A stretch of DNA of 34,216 bases from Candidatus Minthenecus merdequi (GCA_018064385.1 JAGHVI010000199.1:1-34216), one strand, 5' to 3'. Counted from the first letter of the stretch, positions 7,961-18,059 are shown. Notes: a model not told the origin generated them from the letters alone. Translations and numbers: made by a program.

Positions 7961-7968
7961 CAAAGATA
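7961..7968 (-). promoter_or_regulatory. -7 box (TATCTTTG on the minus strand) for hemW.
   Basis: CAAAGATA on the plus strand, 21 nt upstream of the hemW start codon. Confidence 0.55.
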
Positions 7969-8012
7969 CAAATATTTTTTCAAAAACCCTTCGTTATATC
8001 ATTAATTTTTAT

Positions 8013-8020
8013 TATCTTTG
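8013..8020 (+). promoter_or_regulatory. -7 box TATCTTTG for the GSCFA/pepC/LRR unit, divergent from the hemW promoter.
   Basis: Exact TAnnTTTGCA match, 23 nt upstream of the ATG at 8043. Confidence 0.55.
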
Positions 8021-8042
8021 CACCAAAATAGCATAGTAAGCA

Positions 8043-8984
8043 ATGCAACTTACCACCCAGATAAAAGTTCCTAAATTTCCGACCATTACACACTCTGCAA
8101 AGGTAATGATACTGGGTTCGTGCTTCTCCTCGTGCATAGCAGAAAAGCTTGAACAACTCCGTTTTGAGGTAATAAGCAATCCTTTTGGCATCTCATACAA
8201 CCCAATATCTATTGCAAATACACTGAAAAGACTTACATTCGGAACTCGCTTCACAAGCGAGGAGTTGCAGGAACACAATGGTCTGTACTACTCACCGGAC
8301 CACCACGGAAAGTTCTCGTCAACATCTAAAGTTCAGACATTAGACAACATAAATACGCAGTACGACAAAGCCAGTACAGCCATAAAAAGCACAACTCACT
8401 TCATAATAACTTTAGGTTCGTCAGTAGTCTATGAGCGAGATGGCAAAATATGGAACAATTGCCATAAACTACCGCAAAATCTTTTTTGTAAACGCCGCCT
8501 GTCTGTTGACGAGGTAACCGAAGCATTATCACCAATAATCGAACAATACAAAGAGAGTAAATTTATTCTGACAGTATCGCCTATTCGTTATATGACAGAT
8601 AACAATTCTGTCAACAAAGCCACATTACTGCTTGCTGTTGAAATCCTTTGTAAAACATTCGACAATGCGGTTTATTTTCCTGCATACGAAATACTGCTTG
8701 ACGAGTTGCGCGATTACCGCTTTTATGGTGACGATATGCTTCACCCATCGGCACTTGCCGAAGATATTATCTTCGACCGTTTTGCAGAATCCTATTTCAC
8801 GAAAAACACCCTTGCGCTGAATAAAGCTATAACAAAATTAACAGCAATGCAGGCACACCGCCCGCTACATCCTGGAACAGATGAATACATTCGATTCAAA
8901 TCACAACTTCAAGAATATGAAAAAATTGTTTCTAATGCTCTCGTTTGCAGTCGTCACTCTTACGATGACAGCCCAATCTCCTGA
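8043..8984 (+). CDS. GSCFA domain-containing protein (SGNH-hydrolase-like).
   Basis: N-terminal VMILGSCFSSCIAEKL carries the GSCF(A/S) signature. The ORF is 313 aa. Confidence 0.7.
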   Translation: MQLTTQIKVPKFPTITHSAKVMILGSCFSSCIAEKLEQLRFEVISNPFGISYNPISIANTLKRLTFGTRFTSEELQEHNGLYYSPDHHGKFSSTSKVQTLDNINTQYDKASTAIKSTTHFIITLGSSVVYERDGKIWNNCHKLPQNLFCKRRLSVDEVTEALSPIIEQYKESKFILTVSPIRYMTDNNSVNKATLLLAVEILCKTFDNAVYFPAYEILLDELRDYRFYGDDMLHPSALAEDIIFDRFAESYFTKNTLALNKAITKLTAMQAHRPLHPGTDEYIRFKSQLQEYEKIVSNALVCSRHSYDDSPIS

Positions 8985-10299
8985 TGGTTCAATAACCCCA
9001 GAGATGATGAAACGTATCAAATCGTCGTACAAAAACACTTCGACAGACCGAATGGTGCGTAACGCCATAGCAGCATGCGACACAAAAAAACTTTCTGTCA
9101 ACCAAGAAAATCGTCAAGAGATTGAGGACAATTTTTCAAACCGAGTACCAAACAAAGGCATAACAGACCAAAAACGCTCTGGTCGTTGTTGGCTGTTTTC
9201 GGGTCTGAACGTGCTTCGTTCGAAAGCAATAGCAAGGTTTAACTTGGATAATTTCCAATTTTCGCAGGCATATATCTTCTTTTACGATCAGTTGGAAAAG
9301 TCTAACCTTTTTCTACAGATGGTCATAGACACACGTAAAGACAAGATAGACACGCAGTCTGTTGATTGGCTCTTTTCTAATCCGATAAACGATGGCGGCA
9401 CTTTCACAGGTGTAGCCGACCTTGTAAACAAGTACGGTCTTGTACCATCATCAGCAATGCCCGAATCAAAGGTAGCTAATGCAACGTCGCAAATGTCGGA
9501 TATATTAAAGACAAAATTGCGTATGGCTGGAATAACACTTCGTGATATGTCTGACCGCAAGGCAACAATGCCCGAACTGCTGAAATACAAAGAGCAGACA
9601 CTCTGCGATATATACCGTATTTTGGCACTCAGTTTAGGCACTCCGCCTGAAACTTTTACTTACCAACGCAACGACACGTCAGAAAAGAAGATATACACAC
9701 CTATTGAGTTTGCCGCTGAATATGGCACTGCTGAAATATGCAATGATTACATAATGCTGATGAATGACCCAACACGGGAATACTACCGTTGCTACGAGAT
9801 TGACCGCGACCGCCACACATACGAAGGTCACAACTGGTTGTATGTCAACCTGCCAATCGAAGACATCAAACAGATGGCAATAGCCTCAATCAAAGACTCA
9901 ACAGCAATGTATTTTTCATGCGATGTAGCGAAATATCTTGACTCTGAGCGTGGACTTCTTGACATAGCTAACTATAGTTATGAAGACCTCTGGGGCATTT
10001 CTCTTCAGATGGACAAACGTCAACGCATTGCGTCCCACGCATCGGGATCATCACACGCAATGACACTTGTGGCAGTAGATTTAAAAGAAGGTAAGCCTAC
10101 CAAATGGATGGTTGAAAATTCGTGGGGAGCAACATCCGGACACAAAGGACATCTAATCATGACCGATGAGTGGTTTGACGAGTATATGTTCCGACTTGTA
10201 GTATGTCGCAAATATGCCACACAACGCACACTCGAAGTTCTCAAGACTAAACCAATCAAACTTCCAGCTTGGGATCCTATGTTTGCCCCAGAACAATAG
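8917..10299 (+). CDS. pepC: Aminopeptidase C / bleomycin hydrolase (C1B cysteine peptidase) with a signal peptide.
   Basis: QKRSGRCWLFSGLNVLR is the active-site Cys motif, and ENSWG is present near the C-terminus. The start was chosen at MKKLFLMLSFAVVTLTMTAQ. The ORF track opens at 8881. Confidence 0.85.
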   Translation: MKKLFLMLSFAVVTLTMTAQSPDGSITPEMMKRIKSSYKNTSTDRMVRNAIAACDTKKLSVNQENRQEIEDNFSNRVPNKGITDQKRSGRCWLFSGLNVLRSKAIARFNLDNFQFSQAYIFFYDQLEKSNLFLQMVIDTRKDKIDTQSVDWLFSNPINDGGTFTGVADLVNKYGLVPSSAMPESKVANATSQMSDILKTKLRMAGITLRDMSDRKATMPELLKYKEQTLCDIYRILALSLGTPPETFTYQRNDTSEKKIYTPIEFAAEYGTAEICNDYIMLMNDPTREYYRCYEIDRDRHTYEGHNWLYVNLPIEDIKQMAIASIKDSTAMYFSCDVAKYLDSERGLLDIANYSYEDLWGISLQMDKRQRIASHASGSSHAMTLVAVDLKEGKPTKWMVENSWGATSGHKGHLIMTDEWFDEYMFRLVVCRKYATQRTLEVLKTKPIKLPAWDPMFAPEQ

Positions 10300-10331
10300 T
10301 TTTAATATAACACACCGTAATCAATAATAAT

Positions 10332-11606
10332 ATGACACTTTTAATTTCTGTGCTCCTTACGGTTTCTGCAATGTTCACAATGGATAATATCAATTACTCC
10401 ATTGCAAACAACGAAGCCACCGTTGTATATTCACCAAAAGCACAAGGCGAGGTAACAATTCCTTCAACAATACGTTACAAAGGCGGCACTTATCCAGTAG
10501 TAGCCATCGCAGACTCAGCATTTTTTGATGTATATGAAGTGACAGCTATCAATCTTCCTCGCTCAATAAGCAAGATTGGCGGTTTCGCATTCTTCAACAC
10601 ATCTGTGAAAGAGCCAATCTTCACGAAGACTATTTTCGCATATTTACCATACGAATATAAAGGCAAATACGAAATCCCGAAAAGCATAACTGAGATTACT
10701 GCTGGTGCTTTCTGTGGCTGTGCTGACCTTACGGCTGTCGAACTGCCAAAAAAGGTTGAAAAGATTGGAGGCTACGCATTCCTTGCAACAGGAATTACAA
10801 AGCCCGTGTCAAGTGATACTCATTTTGCATATCTGCCAATTGAATATAAAGGCAAATATTCCATTCCAAAGGGTGTGACAACCATTTCTGATGGGGCATT
10901 TTTTGGCTGCGAAGAACTTACACGTGTGGACATTCCATCAACAGTGACGGAAATAGGTGCTGGAGCATTCAAAATGTGTTCAAATTTAGATTCAGTGATT
11001 CTTCCTTCTTCGGTAACAATCATCAAACCTAACACATTCGATGGGTGCAAGAAACTTATTTATGTCTCGCTTCCAGAGAGACTTGAGGAGATTTGTGCTT
11101 ACGCATTCAATGAGTGTTCGTGGCTTTCGCGCATTGATTTCACGAAAACAACAATCATTTCAATAGGAGATTACGCATTCTATGGCTGCATTGCACTACA
11201 AAAGGCTGAACTTCAAGAGGGGCTGACAAACATCGGTACTTATGCCTTTAACCAATGTAATGACCTTCACGAGGTAACAATACCACAGTCAGTAACAATG
11301 GTTGGAAAAGAGACATTCGGGCACACAAAAGTCAGCACTCCTCTATACTCGAAAACGATATTCATTCTTCTGCCAGAATCAACGACAGGTACATACACCG
11401 TACCAGACGGCATTGAAACAATTGCAGAGAGTGCATTTGCATACTGCCAAAGACTGGAATCTGTGGTATTGCCATCATCGGTAAAAACGATAGGTAATGC
11501 AGCATTCCGTTATTCGACCATTCGTTCAATCAATATACCAGAAGGAGCGAAAGTCGGAGAAGCAGCGTTCGAGGGATGCAAAAACCTTAAGGATACTGCC
11601 CTCTAA
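10332..11606 (+). CDS. BspA-like leucine-rich repeat (LRR_5) surface protein.
   Basis: Repeated modules such as IPxSVTxIGxxAFxxCxxLxxV appear throughout. Internal duplications are visible (FAYLPYEYKGKYEIPKSITEI and FAYLPIEYKGKYSIPKGVTTI). Confidence 0.8.
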   Translation: MTLLISVLLTVSAMFTMDNINYSIANNEATVVYSPKAQGEVTIPSTIRYKGGTYPVVAIADSAFFDVYEVTAINLPRSISKIGGFAFFNTSVKEPIFTKTIFAYLPYEYKGKYEIPKSITEITAGAFCGCADLTAVELPKKVEKIGGYAFLATGITKPVSSDTHFAYLPIEYKGKYSIPKGVTTISDGAFFGCEELTRVDIPSTVTEIGAGAFKMCSNLDSVILPSSVTIIKPNTFDGCKKLIYVSLPERLEEICAYAFNECSWLSRIDFTKTTIISIGDYAFYGCIALQKAELQEGLTNIGTYAFNQCNDLHEVTIPQSVTMVGKETFGHTKVSTPLYSKTIFILLPESTTGTYTVPDGIETIAESAFAYCQRLESVVLPSSVKTIGNAAFRYSTIRSINIPEGAKVGEAAFEGCKNLKDTAL

Positions 11607-11623
11607 GCAGGCATACTATATCA

Positions 11624-11658
11624 ATGAGTAACCGAGCACTATGTGCTCGGTTACTCAT
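11624..11658. terminator. Bidirectional hairpin terminator between convergent genes (about 15-bp stem, TATG loop).
   Basis: ATGAGTAACCGAGCAC-TATG-TGCTCGGTTACTCAT read directly from the sequence. Confidence 0.7.
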
Positions 11659-11734
11659 AGTACAGCCTTCCAAGCTGAACATGCGAAACTGAATTATTTT
11701 ATCATCACTAAATGAATTTGTAAAATTCACCTTA

Positions 11735-13249
11735 TCAATAAGCACGGGCAAAGACTACACGACGTGCAGAAGGCCTACCTGTCACCATACACTTGCCTGG
11801 CTCATTGCCTATCACATGGCCATCGGCTGTGTGTATTTCGTCCATAGGTATGCAACGGATTGTAGCTTTTGTATCTTCTTTGATTTTCTCCTCTGTTTCG
11901 GTTGTACCATCCCAGTGAGCAAGAATAAAACCACCCTTCTCAATCTCTACCTTGAACTCATCGTATGTATCAACGGTACGAGTGACAGATGTGCGGTAGT
12001 CAAATGCCTTTTTGTAGATATTCTGTTGCATTTCTTCGAGCAACGATTTGATGCGCGCAGCAAGACCATCAAACGAAACAGTCTCTTTCTCAAGCGTATC
12101 TCGTCGCATCAATTCAACAGTATTATTCTCCATATCACGCTGACCCATAGCAATACGTACAGGAACACCTTTCAACTCATACTCTGAGAATTTCCAACCT
12201 GGTTTTTTATTGTCAGCATTATCATATTTAACGCTTATTCCTAAAGATTTGAGTTCGCAAATCAAGCCTTCGACTTTAGCATTTATAGCATTCAATTGCT
12301 CCTCACCTTTGTATATCGGTACAATTACAACCTGGAATGGAGCGAGATTTGGAGGTAACACAAGACCATTATTGTCAGAATGAGCCATAATCAGAGCACC
12401 CATCAGTCGAGTAGAGACACCCCAAGAAGTTGCCCAAACATAATCCAACTGGTTGTTTTTATCTGAGAATTTCACGTCAAAAGCCTTAGCAAAATTCTGA
12501 CCGAGAAAGTGCGATGTACCAGCCTGAAGCGCCTTGCCATCCTGCATCAAAGCCTCAATACAGAATGTTTCGACAGCTCCAGCAAAACGTTCGTTGGCAG
12601 ATTTAACGCCCTTGATTACAGGTACTGCCATATAATTTTCTACGAAATCAGCATAAACATGAAGCATACGCTTTGCCTCTTCCATTGCCTCGTCTGAGGT
12701 AGCATGTGCTGTATGCCCCTCTTGCCAAAGGAACTCAGCGGTACGAAGAAACAGACGAGTACGCATCTCCCAACGGACAACGTTAGCCCACTGGTTGCAC
12801 AAGATAGGCAGGTCGCGATAGGAGTTAATCCAGTTCTTGTATGTGTTCCAGATGATTGTCTCGGATGTCGGACGGACAATAAGTTCTTCCTCAAGTTTTG
12901 CTGCTGGGTCAACCACTACGCCTGTGCCATTTGGATTGGTTTTCAGTCGATAATGAGTTACAACGGCACACTCCTTGGCAAATCCTTCAACATGGTCTGC
13001 CTCTTTCGAGAGAAATGATTTCGGTATAAAAAGTGGGAAATATGCATTCTGATGCCCTGTTTCTTTGAACATATCATCCAATTTACGCTGTATCTTCTCC
13101 CATATAGCGTAGCCATAAGGTTTTATGACCATACAGCCACGAACGGCTGACGACTCAGCAAGATCCGCTTTTACAACCAAGTTGTTGTACCACTGCGAAT
13201 AGTCCTCTTCCCTGGAGGTTAATTCTTTTAATGCCATATTATTGTTCAA
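11735..13249 (-). CDS. proS: Proline--tRNA ligase (archaeal/eukaryotic-type class II).
   Basis: [35 protein letters not shown] and the overall sequence support the call. An alternative start, MALKEL, lies at 13237. Confidence 0.9.
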   Translation of the reverse strand: MNNNMALKELTSREEDYSQWYNNLVVKADLAESSAVRGCMVIKPYGYAIWEKIQRKLDDMFKETGHQNAYFPLFIPKSFLSKEADHVEGFAKECAVVTHYRLKTNPNGTGVVVDPAAKLEEELIVRPTSETIIWNTYKNWINSYRDLPILCNQWANVVRWEMRTRLFLRTAEFLWQEGHTAHATSDEAMEEAKRMLHVYADFVENYMAVPVIKGVKSANERFAGAVETFCIEALMQDGKALQAGTSHFLGQNFAKAFDVKFSDKNNQLDYVWATSWGVSTRLMGALIMAHSDNNGLVLPPNLAPFQVVIVPIYKGEEQLNAINAKVEGLICELKSLGISVKYDNADNKKPGWKFSEYELKGVPVRIAMGQRDMENNTVELMRRDTLEKETVSFDGLAARIKSLLEEMQQNIYKKAFDYRTSVTRTVDTYDEFKVEIEKGGFILAHWDGTTETEEKIKEDTKATIRCIPMDEIHTADGHVIGNEPGKCMVTGRPSARRVVFARAY

Positions 13250-13415
13250 TTATTGTTTCGTTGTTAATCATTATTGCTCCTTTATATCCAACATACAACG
13301 GACATCCATCAGCACCTGACATAGTGCCGTTCACGAAAATTGTTCTTTCCGGCTCGGAATGTAATTCTGACAAAGGGACAATTTTTTGCACCACACCATC
13401 GTTAATCTCAACCAT
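13239..13415 (-). CDS. Small hypothetical protein (58 aa from the internal Met), wedged between the DUF4296 gene and proS.
   Basis: The ATG lies 4 nt after the upstream stop, and the stop abuts or overlaps the proS start. No family was recognised, and no TAnnTTTG box occurs in this 170-nt gap. Confidence 0.35.
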   Translation of the reverse strand: MVEINDGVVQKIVPLSELHSEPERTIFVNGTMSGADGCPLYVGYKGAIMINNETIIEQ

Positions 13416-13419
13416 AGCG

Positions 13420-14349
13420 TCACAGTAGAGGCAATGTAGAGTATTTATCCTGTTCGCTGCTATTCTTTTCACCATTTTCAACTCGTTTTGTATTGCTCTT
13501 GTTTTGTCGGTTTATCTTGTTTGTCTTTTGTCTGTTGAATATTCTCTGCTCTGCCTCGTCAATATGCTCAGCATTCTTTGGAAAAATGTACGAAAGGTGA
13601 ACATTCTCGTATTCTATAGAAGACATCTTAGAAAGTGCATTATCGTCAGCAAGAATAACTGTTACATTAGATATACCTTTATTGAGCGTTCCTGTCGAAA
13701 GATAATATTTGCGCCATCTATTATCAGCGAGTGTTTTTACTTGAAATGTATCTTTGCTTTTATCCTTAATATATTGGACTATCAACATTGTGTTGACTGT
13801 CACATCGCTGTCAGCTTCACACCTCATTCGGAGTGTGAGTTCAATCTTCCGTGCTCCTACGAAGTACTTTCTGCCATCCAAAACCTGAGATATGCGGTCT
13901 GAGTCAATTTGTGCATTATTGTCTTTATACCAATACATATTTTCCTTGGATATCCAGAAATCCATAGTATCAATGTTTGACATTTCTATGCCGCGAGCCT
14001 TGAGTTCAGGCAACTGACCATTTTGGATTTGCATCTCGAAATCCTTACCCTTCAATTCCAATTTTTCGTGAACCAACCGCCACTGTTCAGGGTGATTTGC
14101 ATACCATTCCAGCGATTTATCAAAATGAGCCTTATCTGTATGGTGTTTAACAAAAATTCCGTTATAGTATTTTACATGGGTTTTGTTGTCCACATGGCGG
14201 CTTATATTTTGAACGGTAGCATCAAAACGATAGATATCAAAAAGAATGTCAACCATCTGATTTACCGTCAGGATTTCATCTTTCTGGCAGCCTGACATCA
14301 GCAGTGTTATGAGACAGGCAAAGATGTATATTCGTCTCGGCACATTCAT
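13420..14349 (-). CDS. Lipoprotein with an N-terminal DUF4296-like region and a ~200-aa C-terminal extension.
   Basis: Lipobox LMSGC. The position directly after lspA is typical for DUF4296 genes in Bacteroidales. The start overlaps lspA by 4 nt. Confidence 0.55.
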   Translation of the reverse strand: MNVPRRIYIFACLITLLMSGCQKDEILTVNQMVDILFDIYRFDATVQNISRHVDNKTHVKYYNGIFVKHHTDKAHFDKSLEWYANHPEQWRLVHEKLELKGKDFEMQIQNGQLPELKARGIEMSNIDTMDFWISKENMYWYKDNNAQIDSDRISQVLDGRKYFVGARKIELTLRMRCEADSDVTVNTMLIVQYIKDKSKDTFQVKTLADNRWRKYYLSTGTLNKGISNVTVILADDNALSKMSSIEYENVHLSYIFPKNAEHIDEAEQRIFNRQKTNKINRQNKSNTKRVENGEKNSSEQDKYSTLPLL

Positions 14350-14981
14350 GGTTTCTTTTTATTATCTTTCAAGCCTGCGAAATCAAATGACTTATTGAAA
14401 GCCTTGCGGTAACATAGAATAACCAAAATAATTCCAACAGTTATGAAACTATCTGCTATGTTAAAAACTGGGCTGAAAAATATATCTCCACCAACAATCG
14501 GTATCCAATCGGGAATGTTGAACAATGGGAAATAAAACATATCAACCACCTTGCCAGTGAACCACTGTGCATATCCATCGCCAATTGAGGTTAATGTAGC
14601 GACATTGTTATAATCACTGGCACTGAAAATTTCTCCGTAAAAAACCCCATCTACGATATTCCCTATAGCACCAGTCAGAATACAAGACATAACCACCAGA
14701 AAGCCAAAGTTGAAATTTGCTTTAACAAGGCGTACAAAATACCAAATCATAAATCCCGACACTACTATGCGGAACGTAGTCAAAAGTACTTTGCTACCCA
14801 ACGTAACACCAAAAGCCATTCCTGGATTCTCAACAAAAACCAACCTAAACCACGGAAATATCACATACTCCTCGCCGAGTGTAAAATTAAGCTTTATGTA
14901 GAACTTCAGTATTTGATCCGCAAGAAGACCAAAAAACAAGATGCTGGGGAAAACCCACCACAAACGTCTGCTACTTATCAT
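14346..14981 (-). CDS. lspA: Lipoprotein signal peptidase II.
   Basis: Four TM segments plus the NPGMAFG, GNIVDGV and FNIADSFITVG motifs. Confidence 0.9.
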   Translation of the reverse strand: MISSRRLWWVFPSILFFGLLADQILKFYIKLNFTLGEEYVIFPWFRLVFVENPGMAFGVTLGSKVLLTTFRIVVSGFMIWYFVRLVKANFNFGFLVVMSCILTGAIGNIVDGVFYGEIFSASDYNNVATLTSIGDGYAQWFTGKVVDMFYFPLFNIPDWIPIVGGDIFFSPVFNIADSFITVGIILVILCYRKAFNKSFDFAGLKDNKKKP

Positions 14982-15359
14982 TTACTTCTGCATCATTTTA
15001 CCCTCGACCGTTGTCGTAGCGTGAGGTACTGCTCTCAATCGCTCCTTTGGTATCAATTTTCCTGTAATACGGCAAATTCCGTATGTTTTATTTTCAATAC
15101 GAATCAGGGCATTTTTGAGATGTGAGATAAAATTCAATTGTCGCTGCATCTGTTGAGAGAGGAGCTCTTTGCTCAAGGTGCTTGCTCCCTCCTCAAAATT
15201 CTTGAACGTTGGAGACGTATCGTTCACGTCATTTCCAGTTTCGTTGGACAACATATTCTTTAGATGGTCATATTCCTTCTGTGCAATGTCCAATTTGCTA
15301 AGAATCAGTTGACGGAATTCTTCAAGTTCTTCGTCATTGTAACGTACTTTTTCTGCCAT
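14982..15359 (-). CDS. DksA/TraR family protein with a degenerate zinc finger.
   Basis: Coiled-coil N-terminal region followed by YGICRITGKLIPKERLRAVPHATTTVEGK. Only one of the four canonical Cys residues is present. Confidence 0.75.
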   Translation of the reverse strand: MAEKVRYNDEELEEFRQLILSKLDIAQKEYDHLKNMLSNETGNDVNDTSPTFKNFEEGASTLSKELLSQQMQRQLNFISHLKNALIRIENKTYGICRITGKLIPKERLRAVPHATTTVEGKMMQK

Positions 15360-15363
15360 AGCG

Positions 15364-16134
15364 TTATAGATTTTTGTTGAATGAATTCATCTTAATAGTT
15401 TTGAACAAGTCCGAAGCAAAGACAAATTCTTGCAACGATTGGTTGTCAGAATTAAATATCTCATTTCTCGAACCTTCCCACGCTTTATGTCCTTCGCGGA
15501 TTAACAATATATGGTCACCGGACTCCATTATTGAATTCATATCGTGGGTATTGACTATAGTCGTTATGTTATATTCTTGCGTTATTTCCTTGATTAGTTT
15601 ATCGATTACCAACGAAGTCACTGGGTCAAGTCCAGAGTTTGGTTCGTCGCAGAACAGATATTTGGGATTAAGAGCAATAGCACGAGCAATCGCCACACGT
15701 TTCTGCATTCCACCCGATATTTCTGAAGGGTAGAGTTTGTGTTTATCTTCATAAAGATTTACACGTTCCAAACAGAATTTTGCACGTTCTTCACGTTCAA
15801 TTTTTGTCATCGCAGAAAACATTTCAAGGGGGAACAAAACATTCTCGATGACGGTCTGAGAGTCGAACAAAGCTGCTCCTTGGAACAACATTCCGACCTC
15901 GCGTCTCAGTCTCTTCACCTCATTCTTCTGCATGCTCAGTATATCTCGCCCATCGTAAAGTATCTCGCCCTTTTCAGCACGATGAAGTCCTATCACACAT
16001 TTCATAAGGACTGTTTTTCCAGAACCGCTTGGACCTATGATTTGGTTGACTTTACCATCATAGAATGTGGCAGAAATGTCGTGGAGAATCTGTTTACCAT
16101 CAAACGATTTGATTATGTTGCGCACCTCAATCAT
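15364..16134 (-). CDS. mlaF: ABC transporter ATP-binding protein (MlaF-like).
   Basis: Walker A GPSGSGKT, signature ISGGMQKRVAIARA and Walker B LFCDEP. It overlaps the upstream MlaE-like permease gene by 4 nt. Confidence 0.8.
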   Translation of the reverse strand: MIEVRNIIKSFDGKQILHDISATFYDGKVNQIIGPSGSGKTVLMKCVIGLHRAEKGEILYDGRDILSMQKNEVKRLRREVGMLFQGAALFDSQTVIENVLFPLEMFSAMTKIEREERAKFCLERVNLYEDKHKLYPSEISGGMQKRVAIARAIALNPKYLFCDEPNSGLDPVTSLVIDKLIKEITQEYNITTIVNTHDMNSIMESGDHILLIREGHKAWEGSRNEIFNSDNQSLQEFVFASDLFKTIKMNSFNKNL

Positions 16135-16874
16135 GTCAGCATAATATCAGTTAAAACTATATCCATAAGCAGCATTAAGATACTGCTTTTGACGACAGCA
16201 TTTGTACTTGCTTTTCCTACTGCTATGGCACCTCCGCTTGCAAAATATCCATAGTACGAGGAAACCGAAGCGATAATGAAACCGAAGAAGACAGCCTTTA
16301 CGACACTATATGTGAAATAGAATGGGATGAATGCGTATTGCAAGCCATATACAAAATTATCAACGGTGATAAGTGAAGTGAATTTGGCTACACCCATTCC
16401 ACCCAAAAGGCCTAAACCGGTGCAAAGAGTTACAAGAACAGGCATAAAGAGAACTAATCCCATAATTTTCGGAAAAATAAGATAATTTGCTGAGTTTATT
16501 CCCATTATCTCTAATGCGTCAATTTGCTCAGAAACTCTCATAGAGCCTAATTCAGAAGCAATGTTAGAACCAACTTTGCCAGCCAGCAACAGACACATTA
16601 TCGTTGAAGAGAACTCCAAAAGGTAAGTGTCGCGCAACATAAGTCCAGTTGTGTATCGTGGGAGAAGCGGGTTTTCTGTATTGAGAACTACCTGCATCGT
16701 CATAATTACCCCCATAAATATTGAAATTATGGCAACAAGAATAATCGAGTCAGTACCAAGTTTTACCATCTCGACTGGAACTTGTTTCCATACCATTTTC
16801 CTATTTTCCGGACGAGTAAAAGTACGTCCCATCAACATTGTATATCTGCCTATTTCCTGAAAAAACTGTTTCAC
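16131..16874 (-). CDS. mlaE: MlaE family ABC transporter permease.
   Basis: 247-aa polytopic protein. The EQIDALEIMGINSANYLIFPK motif is typical of MlaE/Ttg2B. Confidence 0.8.
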   Translation of the reverse strand: MKQFFQEIGRYTMLMGRTFTRPENRKMVWKQVPVEMVKLGTDSIILVAIISIFMGVIMTMQVVLNTENPLLPRYTTGLMLRDTYLLEFSSTIMCLLLAGKVGSNIASELGSMRVSEQIDALEIMGINSANYLIFPKIMGLVLFMPVLVTLCTGLGLLGGMGVAKFTSLITVDNFVYGLQYAFIPFYFTYSVVKAVFFGFIIASVSSYYGYFASGGAIAVGKASTNAVVKSSILMLLMDIVLTDIMLT

Positions 16875-16895
16875 TTTGGCATTTCTTTAGTCGTG

Positions 16896-16903
16896 CAAAG
16901 TTA
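16896..16903 (-). promoter_or_regulatory. -7 box (TAACTTTG on the minus strand) for the mlaE-to-proS gene run.
   Basis: CAAAGTTA on the plus strand, 22 nt upstream of the mlaE start. Confidence 0.55.
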
Positions 16904-16936
16904 CGAATAATTCTTCAATTGACAAAGGATTTTGTC

Positions 16937-16972
16937 AAAAAAAAGAGACCAACTTTATTGGTCTCTTTTTTC
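16937..16972. terminator. Bidirectional intrinsic terminator after the exbD cluster.
   Basis: A8-GAGACC-AACTTTATT-GGTCTC-T6. A TATAGAAC box (minus strand, 16978..16985) precedes it on the transcript. Confidence 0.75.
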
Positions 16973-16998
16973 AGTCAGTTCTATAGGTAAGCAAGAAC

Positions 16999-17466
16999 TT
17001 ATTTCATTTTCTGAATTGCAGCATAGTTAATTTTCAAAGCTTGAGCCTTGCGCAACTCCTGTTTGATATCTGTAATGATACCCATTTGCGTTTCGCGGTC
17101 AGCTTTAATCGAGATGGTAAGCAGACCTTGCTCTTCCTCTTTCATTGCACTGCGTTCAGCCTCAACGTACGGACGAATCTCAGCAATTTCAGCAAAAGCG
17201 TCGTCAATCTGGATACGGGTTTCAGAACCATAACGTTTAACAAATTCACGTTTTGGAACACCGACATAGATGTAACGCACGAGAGATTTTTTTTCGAGTG
17301 ATTGCAACTCTGTTGCCTCTGGATTGTGAATATCAACCTTATATGTAACCTCCTTCATAGATGTTGATACCATAAAGAAGAAGAGAAGCATAAAGATGAT
17401 ATCAGGAAGAGAAGCTGTTGAGACAGCAGGAACGGACTTCTTTCCGCCTTTACGAATCTTTGCCAT
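16999..17466 (-). CDS. exbD: ExbD/TolR family biopolymer transport protein.
   Basis: N-terminal LPDIIFMLLFFFMV TM segment and an ExbD-like periplasmic domain. Confidence 0.8.
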   Translation of the reverse strand: MAKIRKGGKKSVPAVSTASLPDIIFMLLFFFMVSTSMKEVTYKVDIHNPEATELQSLEKKSLVRYIYVGVPKREFVKRYGSETRIQIDDAFAEIAEIRPYVEAERSAMKEEEQGLLTISIKADRETQMGIITDIKQELRKAQALKINYAAIQKMK

Positions 17467-18059
17467 TACTTTTTCCCTCCATAGTTTTTAGGCTCAGCTT
17501 CCGAGATTTTCTGTGGGAAAATCTTTTGAATAGCACTTTGGCGCTCGTCTGACAGCTCGGAATAGGATACACCCCATTTCTGGCGTGCAAAATCATCACG
17601 GACTTCGTTATAAGCAGCCACAAGTTCATTCTGAACCTCAATATATTTCTGATATTCAGTTCCACGGTCGTTCTGCAGAGAAATCAGGTGGTTGGTCGTA
17701 GCCATCACCTGTTCAGTACGACCATCTATTTCAACGGACAAAGGAAGAAGTTCTGGCAATGTTGGGTCATTACCCTCATTGCGGATAAACTTCTTGACAT
17801 CTTCCCTCAGTTGCGCTACATCAACCAATTTACCTTGTGCAAGAACTTGATTGCGCGAGTTAATCAGCACCACATATATATTTCGCTGGTTAATCTCGAC
17901 ATCCTTTTGTTCCTTCTTTTCAGGCATTGGAGGAGGCAAACGACGGGAAAGACCCTTATCCACAGACATTGTTGTAGTGACAAGGAAGAATATAAGCAAG
18001 AGGAAAGCGATGTCTGCCATCGAACTTGCGTTAATTTCCTGTACTGATCTTTTACCCAT
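17466..18059 (-). CDS. exbD: ExbD/TolR family biopolymer transport protein (second copy, longer).
   Basis: SSMADIAFLLLIFFLVTT TM motif. Its stop overlaps the start of the next exbD by 1 nt. Confidence 0.8.
   Translation of the reverse strand: MGKRSVQEINASSMADIAFLLLIFFLVTTTMSVDKGLSRRLPPPMPEKKEQKDVEINQRNIYVVLINSRNQVLAQGKLVDVAQLREDVKKFIRNEGNDPTLPELLPLSVEIDGRTEQVMATTNHLISLQNDRGTEYQKYIEVQNELVAAYNEVRDDFARQKWGVSYSELSDERQSAIQKIFPQKISEAEPKNYGGKK

Noticed and set aside
10636-10880. Internal ~55-nt repeats in the LRR gene, considered as template/variable repeats of a diversity-generating retroelement.
   Set aside because: They are ordinary LRR module duplications in the same reading frame. No reverse transcriptase gene or adenine-specific mismatch pattern is visible.
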